Assembly: GCA_965223265.1 (NCBI GenBank) | Contig: OZ244999.1 | Span: 5,824,001 to 5,888,000 of the forward strand | Direction: 5' to 3' | DNA length: 64,000 nucleotides | Origin: Planctomycetota bacterium | GTDB taxonomy: Bacteria > Planctomycetota > UBA8108 > SXIK01 | Shown here: positions 20,050 through 28,700 of the stretch, piece after piece | How positions within the stretch are numbered: the stretch's first letter is position 1 | How the letters are laid out: the number at the start of each line of letters is the position of its first letter | Made by a program: the position numbers and the translations under genes | The notes under the pieces: model-generated | Database searches by the model: none | Told to the model about the DNA's origin: nothing | Seen by the model: only the letters and a program-made list of their open reading frames with translations

Positions 20050-21828
20050 TCAGTACGGCGGTTGCCCCAGAACAAAAGTCACGGACTGGGCAGCGCCCCC
20101 TGTTTCTTTCGGCTCACTTGCGACGGCATAAACTCTTTCTTCCGGTATTCCCGCGGTGATCATGAAATCGGCTGCAGCTCGCGCGCGATCGAGCGCCAAC
20201 TTGCGATTGGCATCAGGATCGCCGACCTGACGAGTGTGTCCCTTCACCACAACGTAGTATCCGGGCCACGACTTGAGCTTCTTCACGAGATCACTCAGAA
20301 CATGTCGGCTCTGAGGCGTCAACGTGGCGCCGCCACGGCGAAAGACGAGTGGAGCCACGCGAACGACGCCGACATCGACGATCGCCTCGATCTGCGTTGA
20401 GTTCAAACGCGGCAGCGGCACCTCACCCTGAATCGTCTCGCCACGCCCAAGCCCACCCGGGTGGAAGCCGCTTTGATGTAACGCTCGAAGAATTCCGTCG
20501 TGTACGAACAACTCAGCATTGCCACCGGTTGGATCTCGATCGATCGCCTCGGTATTGACCAGCACCTCGGTGAGATTGGAGATGATTTCCCGCAGCGGCT
20601 GGACGCCTTTGGCTTGCGCCGCGGAGATGATTTCCATATGAGCGTAGTTCTCAATCGTATTCTTCCAGCGAATCGTATCGATCAGTCGCTCAGCCTGCTG
20701 CGAATCAAGTGGTTGGCCAAGGCGTCCCGCGTCTTCCGTCACCAGCTGAGCGACGTCTTCACGCGACTGCATAGAAGCAAACCGAGTGCGAAGATACGCT
20801 CTGACAAACCGTGTGACCAAGTCTGCATCGCTGGTGAGGATTCGGTCACCCACGACGAGAGCATCGACGATGAATCCCCTGAACTTCCCGCTATCGGTGA
20901 TGACATGCGTTCCAGGCGTTTCCAAGATCTTCGAGACGAATGGCTCCCACAGAACATACGCGTGCGGCTCGGTACGCGAGGCACGCCGAAACCGCTCGAA
21001 GACGTCCTTCGCCCCGTCCGCTTCGATCCATGCACTACGCGAGAGACTCGACAAATCGAAGTGTGCCATGAGAACGCGCGCCAGAGTCTCGCTGGGCGAA
21101 TTGCGCGTTGCGACGATGCGCACCGCCGCGTCGTTCAGAGCGTCAACATTAGCAATCGCCGATTCATACGCGACCATGGCATCAGCTCCGGTCGTCTCGT
21201 CGACAAGACAGACGATCTTCGCCGGCATGTCGCGCAGCTGAAAGCTCGTTTGGATCAAGCCATCGATCGGAAAGAGAGCCAGATGCACTTCACCGCTCTG
21301 CAGCTTGCGGATGCGTTGCAAGTAGTCAGCGCCGTCGTCTTCAATCTGAAGACGCAACCCTTCCAAAGCGAGTGCTTGACGGAATGCGTCGGATCGAAAT
21401 AGGAAGTAGCCGGAGAACGAGTCGAGGGCGAGCTTCACCGGCTTCAGCGCCGGAAGGTCGGCGATCGTTCTCTCGAGCCGTACCGTTTCGGACTCGATCT
21501 CCTCGGCGCTCGCAGATCCTGGAAGCGGCTTCACCATAACACCGCGAGATTGAAGATCTCGCAGCGCTTCAGAATAGCTCGTCCATTTTGCGAGTCGCCG
21601 TCCCTCGCGTTCGATCACCTGCTCGGCTTCCTCAACGCTCACACCCTCAGGCAACGCCGCGAGGACGAAACCCGACGTTTCGCTCTCACTCTGCAGGCGC
21701 TCGTACGCCCCTGCGAGCTTCCGACTCTCGTACTCCGAGAAGTGCTTGTAGATTGCGACGCCGGCGCTGAGAAGCAAAAGCCAAACCAGGCTGACTGCGA
21801 TGACCCTTCCTGCTTTTGACTGACTCAC
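20050..21828 (-). CDS. membrane-anchored NMT1/SsuA-like solute-binding domain fused to an OmpA-like C-terminal domain
   Basis: N-terminal TM, LALDSFSGY, DETTGADA, LWEPFV, then VKGHT..GDPDANRKLALDRARA..GIPEERV. Confidence 0.85.
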   Translation of the reverse strand: MSQSKAGRVIAVSLVWLLLLSAGVAIYKHFSEYESRKLAGAYERLQSESETSGFVLAALPEGVSVEEAEQVIEREGRRLAKWTSYSEALRDLQSRGVMVKPLPGSASAEEIESETVRLERTIADLPALKPVKLALDSFSGYFLFRSDAFRQALALEGLRLQIEDDGADYLQRIRKLQSGEVHLALFPIDGLIQTSFQLRDMPAKIVCLVDETTGADAMVAYESAIANVDALNDAAVRIVATRNSPSETLARVLMAHFDLSSLSRSAWIEADGAKDVFERFRRASRTEPHAYVLWEPFVSKILETPGTHVITDSGKFRGFIVDALVVGDRILTSDADLVTRFVRAYLRTRFASMQSREDVAQLVTEDAGRLGQPLDSQQAERLIDTIRWKNTIENYAHMEIISAAQAKGVQPLREIISNLTEVLVNTEAIDRDPTGGNAELFVHDGILRALHQSGFHPGGLGRGETIQGEVPLPRLNSTQIEAIVDVGVVRVAPLVFRRGGATLTPQSRHVLSDLVKKLKSWPGYYVVVKGHTRQVGDPDANRKLALDRARAAADFMITAGIPEERVYAVASEPKETGGAAQSVTFVLGQPPY

Positions 21829-22862
21829 TACCGACCTCGATACCTCTGTCTTCTTCGCTTGCGACGCACTTTTCTTTGAGCAGCAAAGGCAAACCCCACC
21901 ACCAAAAGCACAATGACGACGACGCGCCCGAATCCGTCCGAGTCACCACTGTTTCCTCCGGCAGGCGCCCCCACTGGGTTAGAGCCTGGAACGTGTGGCG
22001 AAGGAAGGTTGGTTGGACGCGACGTCGGTCCGGAGGTGGATTCGCGAGCTCTGCTGGATGTTGCAGCGCCAGATCCGATCGGTTGATCCGATGTCGCCAG
22101 AGCTCCGAGCGCCGCGATCAGATCACCGGCGGCGGAATCTGGAATCGCGGCAACCACGGCAAAAGCCTCTTCGTCGACCGTGCCATCCCCAACGCTTCCC
22201 ACCTCAGCGAAAACCTCGCTGAGCGCCTTTTTCAAGGCGGACGAATCGTCAGCACGTCGATAGCCATGCACTCGCGTCGCCAGCGAGTGGTCTGTCTTCA
22301 TGTCGACACCAACCACATCGATCGTTAGACCACGCGCCAGGATCTCGGGCAAGAAAGCTTCAACGAGTTGAGGATCCGAAGCCTTGCCATCCGTTACGAT
22401 GAGCAACCGAAACGTGCCGTAACCTCGCTGTTCCTTGCGGCGCGCGAGCAGCATGTCGCTGCCCTTCTTCAGGTAAGCGCCAAGCGGCGTCCCTGCGTTG
22501 GGTTCGATGGGAGCCAAAGCCTGGCGCAGCACGTCGAGGTCGACAGGGCCCAGAGGGTAGACGAGATCGTTCGTGACGCCGTGCCCGCTGAAGACGAGAA
22601 CACCGACGTGCGTCGTCGGCGGCACTTGGCCGAGGACCGCGAGCAGCGATTCTTTCGCGATGCTCATCTTCGAACGCCCGCTGCCGTGCATCGGCTCCTT
22701 CATCGATCCCGATGCATCGAGAACGACGACGATGTTATCGCTAATACTCGTCGCGGCAGGTGGCTCTTGCGCCGCCAACCATGACGAAGCAGGACCTGCC
22801 AGAAGAGCGATCGAGAACGCGTTCAAAAAAAGCGTCCAAAAACATTCCTTCCTCATGGTCAT
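21828..22862 (-). CDS. exported von Willebrand factor A domain protein with C-terminal membrane anchor
   Basis: signal peptide, MIDAS DASGSM, GTPL, LIVTDG, Pro/Ser linker, C-terminal TM plus basic tail. Confidence 0.88.
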   Translation of the reverse strand: MTMRKECFWTLFLNAFSIALLAGPASSWLAAQEPPAATSISDNIVVVLDASGSMKEPMHGSGRSKMSIAKESLLAVLGQVPPTTHVGVLVFSGHGVTNDLVYPLGPVDLDVLRQALAPIEPNAGTPLGAYLKKGSDMLLARRKEQRGYGTFRLLIVTDGKASDPQLVEAFLPEILARGLTIDVVGVDMKTDHSLATRVHGYRRADDSSALKKALSEVFAEVGSVGDGTVDEEAFAVVAAIPDSAAGDLIAALGALATSDQPIGSGAATSSRARESTSGPTSRPTNLPSPHVPGSNPVGAPAGGNSGDSDGFGRVVVIVLLVVGFAFAAQRKVRRKRRRQRYRGR

Positions 22863-22901
22863 CTCCCTTCAGTCACAGAGTGCGTGAGCGGTGCCATTGG
22901 C

Positions 22902-24698
22902 TTAGAAATCGAATTCGCTCTGAGACACGGACTCTGCCTTGACACGGAGGAGTCGGAACTCGACGCGCATATTCTCCTTTGACTCGCCGAGATCGCGTGG
23001 CCGTGCGATGACCGGCTCAATGATGCCGGCACCAATCGCTTGGAGCTGCTTCTCGTTCAGCCGAAACTGCTTCGACTCAGCGTATCTCACGATCGTTCGC
23101 CGCACTTCCTCAGCACGCCGCTGGGACAGATTCAACGCCGCCTGCATGGTTCGGCTTGGATCGTTTTCGCCGCCGTTGAACGCCCCCGATTGGACGAGCT
23201 CGACGATTCTCGAGGTCTCGTTGAGGTCAAGTGGCCTGCCCTCAACGAAGTAGCGGTAGTTGCCTCGCGTGCCAGTCCTCTTGATGATGCCCTTCTTGAG
23301 TCCAGCCATGACCAAGTCGCGGAGCGTACGCGTGGGATCAGCGTGACCTCGAATGGCGAAAACCGCGTTGCCGTAGAGTGAAGCATTCTCGACGACGCGC
23401 TGGAATTCAGCTTCGTACTGGCGAACGGGAAACTTCGTCTGGTTGGGCTCGAAGCTGATCGTGAAGGAGAGGAGCGTGCCCTCAGTCTCGACGCCTTCGC
23501 CGATTTCAGGCCCGCCTTCTGCCAGTTGCGTTTTTGTCAGCCCGCCCAGCCGAGTCAGTTGGGGGAACTCGAGATCGTGCATGAGGAGATCGATACGATT
23601 CTTCGCATAGCCTTGTGCAACTGCCAATTGCAAGGCTTCCCGCTGCTTCGTTTCGAAGCCGCTCAAGAATCCTGCCTCTTCGAAGAACAGCCGGTTGCCA
23701 CTCAAGAAGACGAACTCGCAATCCGAGATCAACCCGTCCGCCTCGGCGGCATTTGGGATGACGTCCGAACCGTAGATCTTTTGGGTCAACTCGAGAACGG
23801 CCGAATACTCACGCGACGACCCACTACTCTGGTATCCCCTTTTCATTTCTGCGACGTCTTCACACCCTTTCAGGTAGCCCGCAGCGAACTTCTCGACGAG
23901 GCCGCGTTGGGAGTCGTAGAAGTCCTTACGACAGGCGTAGACGTCCGCGATCGATCGGTTCATGTTGAGCGTCGACACCGCGACGTGGGCTCCCTTGACG
24001 GTGCCCTCGGCTCCGGTTCCGGCGGCGTCGAGACCGCCGGTGAGCCCAATCATGTCCGGCGAGATCACCATGCAGGCGTCGACACTGGAATCGGCGCGAA
24101 AACGAGACGCTGGCCCGCCGTCACCCGTTAATTCCTTCACCCAGACGACGTCGATATCGCTCCACCCGAGACGAGCACTCTTCAAGATATCGTCGAGCAT
24201 GCCGACGTGCGGGCCGCCTTGCTGGAGCACGACTTTCTTTCCCTTGAGGTCGTCCAGAGTTTCAATCTCAGCGCGCCCCACCATGTGGTCCCCCTGCGAC
24301 CACGTGAGCTGCAAAAAGACCACCGGGCGCGTGCGCGGATCCGAGCCCACGACTTCCGACGCCATGCCGATCATTCGCAGGGTGCCGCGAAGAAACGGCG
24401 TATCCCCCGCCATGTAGCGCTTGACCTGACCGACGAAGTCATCACCTGCGACGAGCTTCAGGTTCAGCCCGAGCTCCTGAAAGATCGAGCCGCGCTTCGT
24501 TGCAAGCCCGCCATTAGCATAGAACGTGGCAACGTCGCCGCCCCACGTGATGTAGGGCACCTCCAGCACTCCCTGCGCCTTCACGTTGCCCACGGGCGCA
24601 CGCCCGACGAGCTGCGCGAAAGACTCCTGCGCGCTCACGGACGTCCCGAAGCTCAACAGCGCCGCGAGCGCTCCGAACAGAAACGTTCTCGACTTCAT
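22902..24698 (-). CDS. exported solute-binding protein fused to an OmpA-like domain
   Basis: RBS AAGGGGGA before ATG 24698, signal peptide VSA-Q, ITWGGD, WSQGDH, SIADVY, then FEPNQ..IRGHAD...LSQRRAE..NMRVEF. Confidence 0.85.
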   Translation of the reverse strand: MKSRTFLFGALAALLSFGTSVSAQESFAQLVGRAPVGNVKAQGVLEVPYITWGGDVATFYANGGLATKRGSIFQELGLNLKLVAGDDFVGQVKRYMAGDTPFLRGTLRMIGMASEVVGSDPRTRPVVFLQLTWSQGDHMVGRAEIETLDDLKGKKVVLQQGGPHVGMLDDILKSARLGWSDIDVVWVKELTGDGGPASRFRADSSVDACMVISPDMIGLTGGLDAAGTGAEGTVKGAHVAVSTLNMNRSIADVYACRKDFYDSQRGLVEKFAAGYLKGCEDVAEMKRGYQSSGSSREYSAVLELTQKIYGSDVIPNAAEADGLISDCEFVFLSGNRLFFEEAGFLSGFETKQREALQLAVAQGYAKNRIDLLMHDLEFPQLTRLGGLTKTQLAEGGPEIGEGVETEGTLLSFTISFEPNQTKFPVRQYEAEFQRVVENASLYGNAVFAIRGHADPTRTLRDLVMAGLKKGIIKRTGTRGNYRYFVEGRPLDLNETSRIVELVQSGAFNGGENDPSRTMQAALNLSQRRAEEVRRTIVRYAESKQFRLNEKQLQAIGAGIIEPVIARPRDLGESKENMRVEFRLLRVKAESVSQSEFDF

Positions 24699-25307
24699 AA
24701 GTTCCCCCTTTCGAATTTTAGCCGCCGTGAGCGCCACACTGCAGAGCCGCCCGCTGCAGGCCGACGATCCAGACGGAGGGCGGCGGTGAGGCGTGACGCG
24801 GTGTCGAAACCGAAGCCTCGTTCGCTGCAAGGTCCCATGCCACGTCGACGGCGCGAGAGTAGCGGCGTTATTATCTCCTTTCGTAGCGCTCAATGTCAAA
24901 ACTTGCACGCAAGAGACGCGAAGGAGCCCTACACCACAGATGCCTCGGAGATCGCGATGGAGACTTGGGCACAAGGCGGCCAGGAAGCGGTCGACTCGAC
25001 CCGACAAGGAGCTTCGTCAATCCCCTCGCGCGCTACTCCCGATATCCGAGCGAACGCGTTCCGCCTCGAGCGGTTTCGCTCATTCGACTCCCTGCCGCGA
25101 GTCGGGCGGATCGATCCGGTTCTCGATGGGTTCTTTGACCGCGACCCATTGCAAGGTCAGAGTCGTCGCCGCTCCGAGAGCCGCGCCTACAGTGCGCCAA
25201 TGTCCCCTAATGAGACGTCGCGATGGCAGCAGCGTTTCAAAAAATCGGCCGAAGTCTCCATGATTCGCGAAAGAGGCGACTGAGCGAATCGGCAACGACC
25301 GGACGCT

Positions 25308-25568
25308 TAGCCTCGAGTTTGGCCATTTCGCGTCGAGCCTGCCAGCGCCAGGAGCGTCGAGGTCAAGGAACGACTCGGGCGCGATCCCGCTCGGGTCGTG
25401 GCGGAGGACGGGCGCAGGCCTCGGCGCTCCTGGCGTTCCCCGAAGGGCCGGACAGGAGTTTTTGAATGGGCACAAGGGTTCTCAGGGAACGAAAAAGTCG
25501 AAAGGGCCTCGGAACCCCCGCGAAACTCGTCCGGCCAGGCCGGCGCGAAATGGCCAAACTCGAGGCTA
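25308..25568. mobile_element. MITE-like element (261 bp) with a perfect 25-bp terminal inverted repeat including flanking TA
   Basis: TAGCCTCGAGTTTGGCCATTTCGCG (25308-25332) is the exact reverse complement of 25544-25568; internal IR 25346-25362/25419-25435 (16/17). Confidence 0.75.
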
Positions 25569-25708
25569 GGCTAGAGGAGGCCAACGCCGCCAACGAGGTC
25601 TTTGAGCTCCGCCCCTTGGCCTCCGGAAGAATCACCGCCGAAGACGACACAAAACGGGCGAGGCGCCACTTTGGCGGGACGCCTCGCCCGTTGTCTCCCT
25701 GCAAAATC

Positions 25709-28700
25709 CTACTTTTGCAGGCCCGGCGCGGGACCCCACTGCTCCACCTCGGTCAGCTTTCCGGCCACGCCACCCCCACCAGCAGCAATCGCCAATCCAC
25801 CGATGAGAGGTCCATCCAACACTTGGAACTGGCCAGCCTTGTAGATCTCCATTCCAACCGCCACCGGGACGCCTCTGATCAGACCACCATACGTCACCAC
25901 GGCGAAAGCTGCGTGACTTCCTTTCTCGATGGGCCACTCGCAGTCGGCGGGCTTGTTCTGAAACGTGGCGCTCCCTTCAACGAAGCCAAACCCGGCGAAA
26001 GCTCCGAGCGTCAGATCCCCTTTACCGCGCACGAAGTATTGACACCCGGTCGTATCCGTCGCGTAAGCCGCTATTCTCATCTTTCCGAGCCCAGCGATGA
26101 GCGGCGAGCCCCAAAAACTCGCCCACACGAACCCCGACCACCGACACCCCTTCTTGGAGCAAGGAGGCATGCCTTCCGCGGGCGGCGCCTGTCGCCTGCG
26201 TTTCAAGCACTCGATGAACTTGTTCCACTCGTACGGGCTGCCATCCTCCGGAAGTGGGCAACCATATGGTCCGAGGGAAGTGTCATCGTGCGGATCGCGA
26301 GATCCCGGCCAATCGTCGTCATCTGTTGTTTCATCCATTCGGTACGGGTGGCGACCGTCGCTTGACCCACCGATGAGAAGCGGATCGCGCTGCACGAACA
26401 CTCCCAGATCCGCATCGTGAACTCTGAGTCCAAAGTCATGAAGTCCGTGCTGGCTGATATATCTCCGGCCTGCGAACAAGAAATCGTCCTCGAGTATTTC
26501 ATGCTGGGACGTCCAATCAGCGCTCAGCCGCGTCGGGTGTCCGTTCCCGTCGTAAAGATACCGGCCGCTCACCGCCCCATCCGAACTCAAACGCGTCACG
26601 ACGTTGGAGAACGCGTCGGTAACGTAAAACTCGAACGACGACGAGAGCCGTGACGAAGATCGCAGGACGATATCGTTTTGATCTCCTCCCCACACGTACC
26701 ACCGAGCGACGTCGTCGTCTGCGTACCACTCCTCGAGCAGGTTGCCTTCCGTCGAATAGTAGTAATCACTCTCGACCCACTGCGATTCTCCCGCTGAAAT
26801 CCTTTGATGCAGTCCGTTGTACCGATACGCGGAGAGTACAGACGACCCGGATCTCGCAGCGACCAATCGGTTCCACGCGTCGTAAACAAATTCGACACCG
26901 TCGTCGCGCCCTACCATGTTGCCAGCTCGGTCGTAGCTGTAGCGGGTAGCATCGACCTGTGTGAGCTCGTCCGACGCGTTGACCGAGCTCAACGACGGAG
27001 TACCGCAGAAGCTCTCGTCACCGCGGTAGTACTCAAGCCAATTCCCCACCGAATCCAGCGTCCAGCACTCGTGAGAATCAATCGCCGTCGACTGCCGAGG
27101 ATTCTCGCCGCGCTGGTGCTCAACGAGCCGGCCTGCATCGTCGTATGAAAACTCTTCATCGAATAGATACCGTCCATCGATACGGCCGACGTCGTCCCGC
27201 CGAACCACCACCTGGGATCGATCGTTGTACTCATATACGAAACGATTGATGTCACGGCGACCGTCCGTCACGAGAAGATCGTCGATTCTCCCAAATCGAT
27301 CAAGCCCCGCGTATCCATCGCTGTTTTCTTCGTCGTCACCGACCAGGGTGCGTACGATCCCGAGATCGCCGTATTCTCTTTCGACGACCCGGCTCAGCCC
27401 GAGGTACACATCACGGAACAGCCATTCGTCTCGCATCTTGGCGCCGCTGGGTCGACTGAACGCCGTGTCGACTCCCGGTTCGTAGACGTCCAGAACAACG
27501 ACACCGCTAGGGTAGGTCGTCGACACACGCTTGAGGCTGTCCGTCGCGCTCTTCGGGAAGTGATAGTCGTACGTCACCTTGTTGGAGACCCCCGGATCGA
27601 CCGCTCCGCGCCACTCTTGGTGTACAGTCTCGACGACGCCAAACGCTCCGTAACCGTAGACGACTTCGTCCTCTACATACCCCTGTTCACCATAGCTGCG
27701 AACGCGTACCGCACGATCAAGAGCGTCGTAGGAGCGCCCGATCTTTCGTATCCTCCCGTCGACTTCGGGGTCGCCAAGGTCAGTGACATGGTCAACGACG
27801 AGGCGTCCGCGCTGGTCGTACTCATACACGTGCTTCGTGTCGCGCTGGTCCTCCATGTACGTCTGCTCGCCCTGAGCGTTGTACGCGAAGTGAACTTGGT
27901 CGTCGGGGCCACCTGCAGCGCCGGTGATCGGATCCGGAAATCTGATGGTTCGGATCAAGTCGTTCGACGCGAGGCGTGAGGCGGAATCTCCAGATCCGTG
28001 CGTCACGCCGTAGACGAACGCCGTGACGCGGTCGTGGGCCGCAACTTCGCCGGCTGCCGCTTTCACCGTTTTCGTGCTCAGCCGCCCCGCGGCGTCATAG
28101 CCGTAGACGATCGTGCGGTCGTCGACACTCCCCGGTATACCGTCAGCGAAGTTCCCGATCTGCAGAGCCACGGCCCCCCAACCGGTGTACTCAGTCCGCT
28201 GAGTCACGAGGTCGCCGCTCTGCGCGCTGACTGCCGGTCCACGCCGCTCCTCGATCTCGCCGAGGAGTGTGTAGGTGTACTCTCTCACACGATTGAGAGG
28301 GCCTGAGACAGCAGGAGGCTCGCCTTGAGGTCGTGCGTCGAGATCGATTCCACCGTTTGTTCCGTAGCGGACGACCCGCGACAACCGTCCGAGCTCGTCG
28401 CGCCAGATCGCCGTGTATTGACCACGACCCGTTCCTTGCACCCCGACGGTCAGGCTGCCCGTGGCTTCTTCCTCAGCGTCATGGCGGCGTGAGTAAGCGC
28501 GGATCAATTCTGCCCCGCCTCCAGGGCCAGGTAGATACACGGTCTGTGCAACGACAGTGTCGCCTACAAGATCGTGTGCCGCTTCGTACGCGGACTCATC
28601 CGCATCGTAGGAGGCTGCACGGGCGATTATTCGACCGGCTCCATCGTAGCGCGTCTTCTCGAATCGCGCCCCTTGGCTTCGCGTCTTGACGATGAACCCG

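Noticed and set aside
24826-24842. Sigma-54-like promoter TGGCAT...TTGCA on the minus strand upstream of the PspA operon
   Set aside because: GG-to-GC spacing is 11 nt rather than the required 10; attractive for a psp-like operon but not supportable.
24699-25007. 103-aa N-terminal extension of the SBP-OmpA ORF
   Set aside because: The RBS and signal peptide begin at 24698.
25466-26365. 299-aa plus-strand ORF as an Rhs immunity protein or MITE transposase
   Set aside because: Mostly antisense to Rhs, low-information composition, no DDE or immunity features.
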